Assembly: GCA_038087875.1 (NCBI GenBank)
Contig: CM075989.1
Span: forward strand, 23,934,001-23,994,000
DNA from: Malacoraja senta
Taxonomy: Eukaryota
Direction of reading: 5' to 3'
Length of the DNA stretch: 60,000 bases
Part shown: positions 14,512 through 27,674 of the stretch, one piece after another
How the letters are laid out: each line of letters begins with the position of its first letter
Position numbering within the stretch: the first letter of the stretch is position 1
The notes under the pieces: generated by a model
Seen by the model: only the letters and a program-made list of their open reading frames with translations
Told to the model about the DNA's origin: nothing
The model's database searches: none
Made by a program: the position numbers and the translations under genes

Positions 14512-14766
14512 GAGATGCTGCCTGACCCGCTGAGTTACTCCAGCACTGTGTGAAACGTCACCTATCCATGTTCTCCACAGATGCTGCCTGACCCGCTGAG
14601 TTACTCCAGCACTCTGTGAAACGTCACCTATCCATGTTCTCCACAGATGCTGCCTGACCCGCTGAGTTACTCCAGCACTCTGTGAAACGTCACCTATCCA
14701 TGTTCTCCACAGATGCTGCCTGACCCGCTGAGTTACTCCAGCACTGTGTGAAACGTCACCTATCCA
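14512..14766 (+). repeat. 66-bp tandem array derived from the Penelope tail (~3.9 units)
   Basis: Unit tgaaacgtcacctatccatgttctccacagatgctgcctgacccgctgagttactccagcactctg, period 66 (e.g. 14581 to 14647). Confidence 0.92.
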
Positions 14767-15858
14767 GAGTATTGCCATACCTATGCACAATCCCAGATTA
14801 GCAAAGTGTCCAGAAATAATCCACTGATCCTGCGTACGAGGCACTTTCAAAGTCTAGTCTGCCCTCCCGGTCTTCTGACTGATGCCCTATCTAGGCGAGC
14901 TCCAGGCTGCTGTTGGGCCTCTCGCCGTTGCCTTCCCTGGACATCAGGATCTACGTTAGTCTGGACGTTAATCATGCCGCCTTCTTTCTGCCATGACTGT
15001 TTGAAGCCGCAGGCACTAGTCTAAGGCTGGTGGAGTTAGTCGCTGGATGTGGGTGGATAGATCAACTGCTCCATTCTTCCTGTCAAGAAATCTCTGGTCT
15101 TTCCTGTGGTTTTGTTTTCCTGTGCACTCTACTTAAGATAAGAAATAATCAGCAGTTCGGCAACAATCCTGACAGGTGGAAAGCAACGGCTTGTTTCCAC
15201 GGGGTTACCAGGTACATTTACATTTGTGCACAGTTACAACATAGTTTAGTTTATTTTAGAGATATAGGGCAGAAACAGGCCCTTCGGCCCACCGAGTCCA
15301 TGCCGACCAACGTGCACTAGAACTATCCACACACAAGGGACAGATTACAATTCATAATTGACTTACAAACCTGCGCATCTTTCGAATGTAGGAGGAAACC
15401 GGAGCACCCGGAGAAAACCCACGCGGTCACAGGGTACGAACCCCATGTGCAGGTTTGTCGGTTGTCAGAGTCCTGGGTTCGATCCTGTCTACGGGTGCTG
15501 TCTGAACGGAGTTTGTACGTTCTCCCTGTGACCACGTGGGTTTCTTCAGGGTGCTCTGGTTTCCTCCCACTTCCCAAAGACGTGCGGGTTTGTAAATTAA
15601 TTGGCCTCTGGTGTATAATTGCCTCTAATGTGTAGGGAATGGGTGAGAAAGTGGGCTAACAAAGAACTGGTGTGAACAGGTGATCGATGGTCGGCATGGA
15701 CATTCTGGGCCGAAGGGCATGTTTCCGTGCTGTATCTCCAAACTGAACTAAACTACATGGCCACTCATAGAGTGCAGAGATAAGGGGCTAGCTGTAACTC
15801 TTTGTATGGTACACAAAAATGTGGGTGCAGCAGCATCTATGGAGCGAAGGAAATGGGC

Positions 15859-15886
15859 AACGTTTCGGGCCGAAACCCTTCTTCAG
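15859..15886 (-). ncRNA. Minimal hammerhead ribozyme motif, second subfamily
   Basis: Minus strand CUGAAGA-A-GGGU-UUCG-GCCC-GAAACGUU. Lies in a short insertion with a perfect 13-bp TSD (actctttgtatgg, 15797-15809 / 15894-15906). Confidence 0.6.
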
Positions 15887-17244
15887 ACTTTGTACTCTTT
15901 GTATGGACTTGACAGGCCGAACAGCTTCATATTGTGCTGTAACGATTTGAGATTCTGTTGTCATATTCTAAGAAAATTATAAAGCCATGAATTTATCTTT
16001 TGGAAAAATTAGTTTCAATTATTTTCTGCTACTTTTCGGAAACACGGAGTCCTGAATGCACTAGTTTGCTATCAGTGATGTCGCTGTCCTGTGACCTTCG
16101 GAAATGGAATGGAAATGTTACCTTTTTTTTCGTAGATCAATAATGAAATAATCAGCGTTGTTTTTCACGGTAATCAAAGTTGGTTCGAAGCATAATTTAG
16201 GATTTATTACTTCTCCTTATTCTGCAGAGTTGTGCTCAGGTCACAGCGTGACGCACATGCGTCAAAGGCCAAGAGCGTCACTCCGACACATGAACAAAAC
16301 CTGCGGGATCTGTTGCATCTTCTACAGTCTGTAGGAACTGCAGATGCTTGTTTAAACCGAAGATAGACGCAAAATGCTGGAGTGTCTCAGCGGGACAGGC
16401 AGCGTCTCCAGAGAGACGGAATGGGTGTGACTCTTCTTCAGACTCTTATGAAGAGTTACACCAGCATTTTGTGTCTATCTTCATAAACCAGAGCACCCGG
16501 GGAAAACCCACGCGGTCACAGGGAGAACGTACAAATTCCATACAGCCCGTAGTCAGGATCAAAATCTGGATTCTAGCCCTGTGAGGCAGGAACTCTACCG
16601 CTGCACCACTGTGCCATCTCAAATTCTTGAGATACATGTGGCTATGGTCCTAGCGTTGTAAAAGATGTTTCCATGGTTGGACATGCTGGAGATAGACGCA
16701 AAAAGCTGGAGTAACTCAGCGGGATAGGCAGCATCTCTGGAGAGAAGGAATGGGTGACAATTCGGGTCGGGACCCTTCTTCAAACCTGCTGGGCGATTGG
16801 TTGACAAGACATTGGTCTTTTCTCCACTAACAATTTCCATAAATATATTGCAGAGTTTCCATTCAATATAAATTCCTTAAATTCTAAAGTGCTATTCCTA
16901 TTTTCCTGATGTAATGACAGTAATCACCGCGTTTACACTGCCATTCACTGCCCACGTTTATGAAGTAATGGTTTTAGCAAATGAATGTAGCTGGTGATGA
17001 TACCCAAGGTCCGCGCTGTGCAGTACTTCAGTAACACGTTGCTGCCTAGTGCAAGAATGAGTCATCCTCTCTTGAAAGACACAGACCTATCTGTCCTCGT
17101 GCCAGCGATTTGTGCGGGGACTGTTTCCACAATGACAAGGCCTTTGTTCAAGTGGCATTCTGATGCAGCGGAATTTTTTGTTTTTGTTGCATCATTTATG
17201 AATATCTTAACAGAGTTCTGACAAAAACACATATTCTAATCTGA

Positions 17245-17686
17245 AGATAGACACAAAGTGCTGTGGTCAATCTGCGGGACAGGCAGCATCTCTTGAGAGA
17301 AGGGATAGGTGACTTTTTGGGTCGAGACCCTTCTTCAGAACACGAGAACCAGGAATTCACTAAAGATAGACACAAAATGGTGGAATAACTCAGCGGGACA
17401 GGCCGCATCTCTGGAGAGAAGGAATGGTTGACGTTTCGGGTCAAGACCCTTCTTCCGACAGGTTAGGGATAAGGGAATCGAGATTTATAAATGGTGATGT
17501 GGAGAGATAGAGAACAAGGAATGAAAGATATGCAAAAATGTAACGATGATAATGGAAACAGGACGTTGTTAGCTGTTTGTAGGGTGAAAATGAGAAGCTG
17601 GTGCGACTTGGGTGGGGGAGGGGTAGAGAGGGAGTGCTGGGGTTACCTGAAGTGAGAGAAATCAATATTCATACCATTGGGCTGTA
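17245..17686 (-). mobile_element. Penelope-like 3' fragment with a duplicated tail
   Basis: Reverse of ...[12 protein letters not shown] plus 3' UTR and two tail copies. Confidence 0.75.
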
Positions 17687-18319
17687 CAGATACTGCATCA
17701 ATGGAATAACATTTAGTGCAAGATAAAGGTACAGGTGTCAGAGGTTACGGGGAGAAGGCAGGAGAATGGGGTTAGGAAGGAGAGATAGATCAGCCATGAT
17801 TGAATGGCGGAGTAGACTGGTAGGGCCGAATGGCCTAATTCTGCTCCTATCACTTATGACCTTATGACAAAGTTCAGTCCAGACGGTGCAGGACTGGCAG
17901 ATTCTTCGGGTTGCTCGATATTTCTTCCATTAATAGCTCAAGCTGTTGTTCCCAAAGATCAAGCACAGAGTGAAGGGGGAGTGGGATTAAAATTGGGACA
18001 TGGGTTGTTGAGAAAGATGGGATGTGCAGAGTCTAGTGAATGATGCAAGGGAAGTGGAAGTTATTGGGTGATGTGTGATGTATAAAGTGCAAAATGACAC
18101 AGAAATGAACTAAATTCCATTAAATGAACAGCGTTTCATTTGTTTTTTCCTGAGCAATCTTGTTCTGTAACAGACTACCTGATATATTGAGGACTACCAA
18201 AGAAAAATAGGGAAAGAAATTCAGTGTCTCAGAACAAGTGCAATATATTTTTTCATCTAATTATAGGTTTCAGAATTATTGTAGAAACAAAGGACTGCAT
18301 ATGCTGGTTAACACACAGA

Positions 18320-18537
18320 CTGAGGAATTGTCTCGACCTGAAACGTCACCTATCCATGTTCTCCACAGATGCTGCCTTACCCGCTGAGTTACTCCAGCAC
18401 TCTGTGAAACGTCACCCATCCATGTTCCCCACAGATGCTGCCTGACCTGCTGAGTTACTCCAGCACTGTGTGAAACGTCACCTATCCATGTTCTCCAGAG
18501 ATGCTGCCTGACCCGCTGAGTTACTCCAGCACTCTGT
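18320..18537 (+). repeat. Degenerate hammerhead motif followed by 3 units of the 66-bp repeat
   Basis: Same unit as 14512-14766. Confidence 0.85.
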
Positions 18538-19535
18538 GGCCTTTTGGAATTAATAGCCAATGACGACCTCCACAGCCGTCTGTGGCAATGAATTCCACAG
18601 ATTCACCATCCTCTGACTAAAGACATTCCTCCCCATTTTATTCACCTCCCTTTCCTTTAATCCACCATCAGCGACCAAGTCTATCCTTCATCTCATGAGG
18701 AAGCAGGAAACCCTCGCTTGTGGGATATCTGTCCCAAACTCTCAGCACAGTTTTAGGTTATTCTAATTTTTGTTTTCTCCTTCACATCTACACCTTCAAT
18801 TAAGTTTCTGATCGCCCATCTCTTGTGTTTCGTTGTCACATTTTGCCTGATTATTATATACCTAAAAAGCACGCTCGGGATGTCCCCAATGCCAATATTA
18901 CAATGCTAATCTAAGTTTCCTGGCTGTCAAAGTGGACTCGGCCAAACCCCCAACTAGAGCGTCATTGACCTGAGATGAATCGTATCACGTGAAATCCCAG
19001 CCTTTCCAAACAAATTCTTCATCTCACTCTCCCCGCTCCCTCAAGCTGAGCTTTTTACTGCACTGATTAGCCATTTAATTGCTTTTCTAGATCGCTCAGG
19101 ATTGAAATAATTGCTGCTGTAATTGTTCTTGTTGCTTGCTGATGTTTTATTCTTGAGGGGGAGCTGGCCTCTGCGATGATCTGCTGCAGTGTTGCGATTA
19201 ATTACACTTGCTCTGGGGCTGTGCACATTATCTCTGTAAATTGAGACGAGTTTTCGCTCAGCGCGGTAAATCAAGCCTGTGTTTGTTGTATGTTTTTGTG
19301 ATTCTCTGCTTGGATCTGTTCAATGTACTTCATCGTTCACGCATCCAGGGAACCACAGCTGATTAGCAACCTAGACTTTTGCAAGACACAAGGAACTGCA
19401 GATAGAAACATAGACAATAGGAGCAGGAGTAGGCCATTCGGCCCTTCGAGCCAGCACCGCCAGTCAATATGATCATGGCTGATCATCCACAATCAGTACC
19501 CCATTCCTGCTTTCTCCCCATATCCCTTGATTGTC

Positions 19536-19698
19536 GTGGGGCGACTCCTGTATGGTCGTGAGTAGTCGCCCAAAGAGTCGTACCTTTTTCTGGTCGTCGC
19601 TGGATTTTCAACATGTTGAACATTTTCAGTGACCTGCTGCGCCTATGACGGGTGCCGGCAAGTCGCCGAAAAATCGCGTAAGTGGGACAGGCCCTTTA
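19536..19698. mobile_element. Partial PIF/Harbinger-type MITE (one terminus)
   Basis: Ends in gtgggacaggccct-tta, the same terminus as the complete MITEs in this window. Confidence 0.6.
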
Positions 19699-20184
19699 CT
19701 CAGCAGGGCTGGAGAACATGGATGGGGCACTTTTTGGATTGGGTCCTTTCTTCAGACTGATTGTAGAGGGGGCAAGAATGTTGGAAGAAGTGAGGGGCAG
19801 AACGAAGACTGGCAGGTAATCAATGAAGCAAAGAACTGCAGATGCTGGTTTATACCAAAGATAGACACAAAGTGCTGGAGTAACTCAGTTGGTCAGGCAG
19901 CATCTCTGGAGAAAAAGGATGGGTGACGTTTCAGGTCAGGACCCTTCTTCAGACTGAAAGTAGAGGTGGGTGGAGAAGAAGGGTCATATTAGGAAGAAGA
20001 AATATTAGATTATGAATTGGCAATGGCAGATCAAGGTATGAATTCTTAATTATAGGAAACATCTCACCATGTTAATCACAATCCTTAAACCTATTTGTGT
20101 TTCACTAATTGGTACACGTGACAATAAACAGACCTTTGGACCTTTCTTTGTTTATACCGCGGAAAGCTGGTGATGCTTTGTTAA

Positions 20185-20485
20185 GGGGCACGGTGGTGCA
20201 GCGGGTAGAGCTGCTGCCTCACAGCACCAGAGACTCTGTCTCAATCCTGACCTCAGGTGCTGTCTGTGTGGACCCTCTACCTGTGACCGCGTGGGTTTTC
20301 TCTGGGTGCTCAGGTCTCCTCCCACATCCCAGAGACGTGCGTGTTTGTGGGCTAATTGGCTTCTGTAAATTGTCCCTGTTGTGTAGGAAGCGGAAGTGAA
20401 ATAAAACAGGAATTAGTGTCCGGGGTGACCGATGGTCGGTGTGGGTACGGCAGGCCGAAGGGCCTGTTTCCAAGCTGTATCTCCA
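20185..20485 (+). mobile_element. tRNA-derived SINE, diverged
   Basis: Family head, core and tail. Confidence 0.75.
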
Positions 20486-21502
20486 ACGAGAAAAAAAGAG
20501 CTGATTGTCGAATGTCAGGAAAATAAATAATATTAAAGAGACAGCACAATAAAGCTGCATAAACCACTTCCAAACATACTGCAGTAAAACATGAATAGAG
20601 GCTGAGTGAAAGATATCTGGGTACTCACTGAGAATGATTCCAACTCGTTCCGATCAAAAGGATGGAATTGGACCTTAGCCATGAATTTTACATCTACTCT
20701 TGACCATGCAGACATCTATCTGGCTGACGTTTTCTATTTCACTCTTTGCAAACCCAGGATTATCCAAATGTCTTTTGCCAATCTTTAATTTTTAAATGAT
20801 CCCAAGTTTGTTTACAGACCCCTCCATGGTCTCGCCCATTCTTGCGTCTCACCTCCTTCAGTTCAGCCTTCCTCTGAGATTGTTGTTCCTGTCCAACGGT
20901 CTTCTCTTGGTGCGCTAAGTTCCGTTGCTTTGCCACTGGAGGCGGTGGCCTCCGCTAAAAAAACTCAGATCTTCCCTCTCTCTTCCTTTAATCAGCCAGA
21001 GCAGGTAGTAGTGGCAGAGACTATAACAACAATGAAAAGACCTTTGGACAGGTACATGGATAGGAAAGATTTGGAGGGATATGGGCCAAACGCAGTAGGG
21101 TGGGACTAGTGTAGATGGCACATGTTGGTCAGCGTTGGGCCGATGGGCCTGATTCCATGCTGTAAGACCCTATGACTATGTGAATCTTAAGTGTGTCGAT
21201 CTGAAATGCTGACTAATCATTTCTGATGATGCTGCTGCCTTACCTGTTGAGTTACTAAGAGTGGTTCTGCAATTGTTCATTAGAAGTGCTCTGATCTTTT
21301 AAACCTTTATTTACTGGCCTTTATCCTGCACTAAACGTTATTCCCTTTATTTGTACACTGTGGACGGCATGATTGTAATCAAGTATAGTCTGGATAGCAC
21401 GCAACATAGAAACATAGAAAATAAGTGCAGGAGTAGGCCATTCGGCCCTTTGAGCTAGCACCACCATTCAATATGACCATGGATGATCAGCTAAAATCAG
21501 TA

Positions 21503-21680
21503 GTTTAAGAAAGAACTGCAGATGCTGGTAAAATCGAAGGTAGACACAAAATGCTGGAGAAACTCAGCAGGTGAGGCAGCATCTATGTGATGTTTCGGGT
21601 CGAGACCCGAAACGTCACCGATTCCTTCTCCCCATAGATGCTGCCTCACCCGCTGAGTTTCTCCAGCATTTTGCGTCTAC
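21503..21680. mobile_element. Penelope-tail fold-back insertion nested in a CR1 tail
   Basis: Flanks cagctaaaatcagta (21488-21502) / cagctaaattcagta (21681-21695). CR1 sequence is continuous across the insertion. Confidence 0.8.
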
Positions 21681-22398
21681 CAGCTAAATTCAGTATCCCG
21701 TTCCTACTTTCTCCCCATATCCCTTGATTTAGTTAGCTCTAAGAGCTATATGTAACTCTCTCTGACTGATGTACAAATTTGTTAGCCACCCAGAGTTAGA
21801 AACTGGAAGTCCTCGACTGCTCAATCAATAATCACGGGCTTTGTACAAATGATAGAAGCATTAAGATTAGGGGCCTTGAATCTGAGTTTCTTGTGACAGC
21901 AAGGAATTCTGATCAAAGAGCAGCTGCATCATTGCTAACCTGGAAAAGGCCTCGTCTAGCAGATGTTCAGGTGCTGTTGTGCAGAAATCCACAGTTAAAC
22001 TCGTTCCCAGGGGATGCATGAGGCTGGGTGGTAAACTCATCCTCAACATTTTAATGCTGCAAACACCTATTAGCAACAGAAACCCAATCGGCTGCCAGCT
22101 GAAAGTATGCGAGGCAAGGAGTGTGAAAAAAACATCAAATTCAGCACTCTAGGAATCAAATCTGTACCTTCTGAGATATCTTGCAAGAACATTGTGTATA
22201 TATTCACTTTAAACACATTTGGTTTATTATTTTAATCCAATTGCCATCAATGCAAGTTGGTGAATTTCTGGTGGTTTATTGGGATGGTTCCATTGTGCGT
22301 TTACCGTCAGCGTGGCTGGGGATTCCAGCACCGGCCTCTTGAGGGTTGCTCCTTCAATGTGTGCCGTATCGCATCTATCGCTGTGCACCCTTCTCTTT

Positions 22399-22837
22399 GC
22401 TGAGAGAATGGAGCGGCTAGGCTTGTACACTCTGGAGTTTAGAAGGATGAGAGGGAATCTTATTGAAACATATAAGATTGTCAAGGGTTTGGACACGCTA
22501 GAGGCAGGAAACATGTTCCCGATGTTGGGGGAGTCCAGAACCGGGGGCCACTGTTTAAGAATAAGGGGTAAGCCATTTAGAACGGAGATGAGGAAACACT
22601 TTATCACACAGAGAGTAGTGAGTCTGTGGAATTCTCTGCCTCAGAGGGCGGTGGAGGCAGGTTCTCTGGATACTTTCAAGAGAGAGCTAGATAGGGCTCT
22701 TTAAGATAGAGGAGTCAGGGGTATGTGGAGAAGGCAGGAACGGGGTACTGATTGGGGATGATCAGCCATGATCACATTGAACGACGATGCTGGCTCGAAG
22801 GGCCGAATGGCCTACCCCTGCACCTATTGTCTATTGT
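22399..22837 (+). mobile_element. CR1/HER1-type LINE 3' end
   Basis: ERMERLGLYTLEFRRMRGNLIETYKIVKGLD...RVVSLWNSLPQ plus tail. Confidence 0.88.
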
Positions 22838-24609
22838 CATTCGGGACTTCAACTCCATCACTGTTGTGTTAGACACAAGATTCTGGAGTCTCAGCAGGAA
22901 AGGCAGCTTCTCTGGAGAGAAGGAATGGGTGACGTTTCAGGTCGAGTCCTTTCTTCAGACTAGTTGTGTTACTGACCCGATTGTGGGGGGGGGCAGCCGT
23001 GAGGAGGGGGGAGAACAAAGGAGGACCTGGCGCGGACACTCTGTAACTTTGTAAGTGCCCTTTATGGGCGACTATTTGTATACATTGGGTACGCAAGCAA
23101 AGAATTTCTCTGTGACTTGTCACATGTGACAATAAAGTATTCATTCATTCAAGTATTCCTTTTTAGACTTTATTTCAGACATTATTTAGAGATCCAGTTT
23201 GGAGCCGGCCCTCTGTCCCACTGAGTCCGCAAAGACCAGCGATCACCCCCATACACTAGTGCTATTCCAACACTAGGGACAATTTACAGAAGCCAATTAA
23301 CACACATATACTGGGTGTCCAGAACAGACCTTCAGAGATATCCACACCCAGGAATTTGAAGCTTTTGACTCTCTCCATCACCGTCCCCTCGATGAAGACA
23401 GTTTTGTGGATCCTAGTCTTTCCTTTTCCAAACTCTGCAAGGATGCTTTTCTCAGATCTGTTTCCTAAACGATACTGCCTGACCCGCTGAGTTACTCCAA
23501 CTTTGTGAATTCTGCTCAACATTTCAACATCCGCAGTCCCCTGTGTCTCTCCCTCTTAATTAACAAGCAATTGAGGATCTTTAAGATCAGTTCTCAGAGC
23601 AATTTATCTGTTCTTTCAACTGATGAATCCTGCTTTTCAGTAAAAGAGCAAATCGCAATGTTAGACCTCAATGGAGAAATGCGCTTGGGGGGGGGGGGGG
23701 TAAGCGGAGGGAATAGTTTTTTGATTAAAGGAAACTTGAAAAGAAATCTCTACATTTATGTGGGATTGTAGTTGGCTTTGAACCTCTGTACTGAACGCTT
23801 GTTGCCAGATATGCAATGTGAATAAAACATGTCCTTTTGTGTATTAACTGGCTTCTGCAGTTCTCTGTTTCTACATGCTGTTATATCTGTTGAATAGATG
23901 GAAAATTATCTCCAGGAAGCTAACCAACATAAAGCAACATTTTTCATTTGACTCTTTAATTTTTGTTTTTAATATACTGGGCAATAAATGTATCCTGAGC
24001 AGGGGTGTGAGTTGGCAGCCCTTGATATACGATTGTTCAATTTTCTTTTCCATTGAAATCTTTTTCTTATCACCCAATTTTCACAGTTGCCCCAAAGGTG
24101 ATTCTGTACAACACGATCGGTTCAGAGCCAATTAATAAGTAGCCCCCGGCATTGCCATCAGCCATGAAGATGAATCTTTTATGTGTACCGATCGGGGAGT
24201 TCAGAATGAGCTGATGGTGACACCTTGCTGCCAGAGCCTGCAACAACATCTAGTCAAATATCAACAGCAGCCCTTTATAGTGGCAAGCTTTAGTAGCAGC
24301 TCTAGACGCAGTTCGCAAAGACAGAGTGCGCATCATTGTTTTAAATGCTTATCATGGAATCAGCCACTGAACTAAACGTACACTAATTGTAATAATTTTT
24401 TATGCTTCGACTGCATTTTGATGTTGCAAAAAAGAGACTATTCAATCAGCCGTGATTGATCAGTAGAGTAGACGATGGGCTGAATGGCCCAACTCTGCTC
24501 CGATTAACTTGCGAGACTACACAGCAGTGTAAACTACTGAATATTTAAAACAAGTTACTGCATACCATGACTTTCCAAAGGAGTGTTATAGAACAAGAAA
24601 TATATTTAA

Positions 24610-24640
24610 TTTATTATATATATATATATATATGTGTGTA

Positions 24641-24671
<31 letters not shown>

Positions 24672-24933
24672 GTATGTATATATGTGTGTGTGTATATATA
24701 TGTGTGTGTATATATATATATATATGTGTGTGTGTATATATATGTATGTGTGTGTGTGTGTATATATATATGTGTGTGTATATATATGTGTGTGTGTGTA
24801 TATATGTGTGTATATATATGTGTGTGTGTATATATGTGTGTGTATATATGTGTGTGTGTGTGTATATATGTGTGTGTGTGTATATATATATGTGTGTGTG
24901 TATGTATATATATATAGTGTGTGGGTGTGTTTG

Positions 24934-25028
<95 letters not shown>

Positions 25029-25035
25029 ATATATT
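24610..25035. repeat. Compound (TA)n/(TG)n microsatellite
   Basis: Directly visible. Confidence 0.95.
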
Positions 25036-26190
25036 TGTCAGAAAATTACAAATATTAAGAAAAGAAACATTTGGACATGTAAGGTTTCAAGTTGTTGAAT
25101 AGCATGATTGGACATTGCATAACTAACGTACTTTATTCTAGACAGCATATCATTCATTTATTTGTTCTATATCTCTCTATATATATCTCTCGTTTCTCCT
25201 TTCCCGACTCTCAGTCTGAAGAAAGGTCTCGACCCGAAACGTCACCCATTCCTTCTCCCCAGAGATGCTGCCTGACCCGCTGAGTGACTCCAGCATTTTG
25301 TGTCTATCTTCGGTTTAAACTAGCATATGCAGTTCCTTCCCACACACAAGCTTTATTCTGCTTCTTATCATGTGTTCCAATTCCAAGGAAGGTTGTTGCA
25401 TATTCAGATGCCTTATCAACGAAGGCCAAACGAACTGAATTGAAACAAGGAGTTAACAATATTTCACTGTGTCAGATTTTTAAAAAAGAAGCAAATGATG
25501 ACTCATTGATAGAAATACAAAAAAAGCATTGACATGGGCAGGGATTTATCACAGACAACGTTAAACTGGTTAACGAACAGAGCAAGTTTCATCTAAACAT
25601 TATTTTAATTTTCAGTCAAATAGAGAGATCAGTTGTTTAGCCATTTCATGACAGAGGTGATGATCCGATGACACTATTGTCACATGTACCTCGGTACATT
25701 GAGAGTCTATGTTTTTGCGGACAGTACTCAGCGTACACAAAGAGTCGCCATGTTTCAGGCACAGACGATGTTACAAAATTACTCGTTCGAGTCATGTTGG
25801 CTCCTCTGTGTTCCAGGTGTCCTCCCCCGCTGGCTCCCTCCTTGTTCATAAGTTCTAGGAGCAGAATTAGGCCATTCGGCCCATCGTCCACTCCACCATT
25901 GAATCATAGCTGATCTATCTTTCCCTCTCAACCCCTTTCTCCTGCCCTCCCCATTTCTCATCTTGCTTCCCACATGGTGCCCAACCCCGTGACTATTTGC
26001 TTGCTCGCCACAGAAGCAGATGTACAATCACATATTACAATCGCTCCACACTCTTAAACGCTGTGAGTGGCTCGGTCGTAATCATGTATTGTCCTTCCGC
26101 TGACTGGAGAGCACGCAACAAAATCTTTTCACTGTACCTCGGTACACGCGACGTGCCGGAGTAACTCAGGCAGCATCGAAAAGATCTGCA

Positions 26191-26712
26191 GTCTGAAGAA
26201 GGGTCCCGACCCGAAACATCACCTATCCATGTTCACCAGAGATGCTGCCTGACCCGCTGAGTTACTCCAGCACTCTGTGAAACGTCACCTATCCATGTTC
26301 TCCACAGATGCTGCCTGACCCGCTGAGTTACTCCAGCACTCTGTAAAACGTCACCTATCCATGTTCCGGCAGCATCTATGGAGCGAAGGAAATAGGCAAA
26401 GTTTCGGCCCGAAACCCTTCCGGGTTTCGGCCCGAAACGTTGCCTATTTCCTTCAGGGTTTCGGCCCGAAAGGTTGCCCATTTCCTTCGCTCCACAGATG
26501 CTGCCTGACCCGCTGAGTTACTCCAGCACTCTGTGAAACGTCACCTATCCATGTTCACCACAGATGCTGCCTGACCCACTGAGTTACTCCAGCACTCTGT
26601 GAAACGTCACCTATCCATGTTCTCCACAGATAGTATTATCAAGGATCAGTGTTAACAGCATTTTGTGTCTATCTCAGGTGTAAACCAGCATCTGCATTTC
26701 CTTCCGACACAA
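26191..26712 (+). repeat. Composite Penelope-tail array: hammerhead motif + 66-bp units + internal palindromic insert + tail
   Basis: 66-bp units flank an inverted second-subfamily segment at ~26368-26500. Confidence 0.88.
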
Positions 26713-27674
26713 TTGATCAGAAAGATGGAATTTTAAGAAAGAAAAGGGTAACGTCTGTGAGGGAGATATTATTCTCGTCAGTATTTGTGAGATTCCACAC
26801 GGACATTTGGTGTCGCTCTGACATTTTCCCTCTCTCCATCTCGGACTTCACCGAGAGTTGCGGATCAATAACACTCGGTAGCACGACATCCGACTGCACT
26901 GCAATATCATCTTCAAGGTGTCTGCTCCCTGCCAGAACATCTACTTCTGTTTCTAATAAAATCTCAGCTCTGTTCCAGGGAACATTTAAAAGTGCTGAAG
27001 TTGCATGAAACAAAAGAATATCAAAGATTCCCCACCAGAATTGATTGATCCTGACTCTGGACCTGGCATCTCTTCCCACTGCCAAGGCAGCTGCAGTTGA
27101 TTCATTCTCCGACTTCTCAAATCAGCGTGAAATACCTCACCACAGACAGGCTGGCCTTTTCATTTAAAATGGTGCATTTTTCTTCTCTAAAAGCAAGGGA
27201 TGATGAATGAAATAATCCTAGTGTCAACAGAGTGTGTGTGGTAACAGTCGGCACTACTCCGCCAATGACAAGCAAACCTCAGGCACGATATCCCACGATG
27301 TCGGCATCGTTCTCACTGTGGCTTATCCAAAGTCAATAGTTGGAATCCTGAACGTAACTTCTGGGGCGGCACAGTGGCGCAGCGGTAGAGTTGCTGCCTC
27401 ATGGCGCCAGAGACCCGGGTTCGATCCTGACTACGGGTGCTGTCTGTACAAAGGATGTACGTTCTCCCCGTGACCTGCGTGGGTTTTCTCCAGGTGCTCT
27501 GGCTTCCCCCCCCACACTCCAAAGACGTACAGGTTTGTACTCTAATTATCTTCTGTAACTTAGCACCAGTGTGTTGGATGGAGCAAGTGTAATATCTCTA
27601 AATTTGTGTTTCTGATTTTCTTTTTTGTGCCTTTAGAATGAATTCTGTCCTTAATTTGTGTATTGTGATGTTAC

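Noticed and set aside
14470..14850. Repeat-protein-like ORFs (QSAGVTQRVRQHLWRTWIGDVS)n, also at 18276, 26233, 54653-55223 and 55706
   Set aside because: A 66-nt (22-codon) tandem unit that is stop-free in one frame. No start or splice context.
26717..27085. 122-aa minus-strand ORF in non-repetitive sequence
   Set aside because: No recognisable domain, non-ATG start, and no supporting exon chain.
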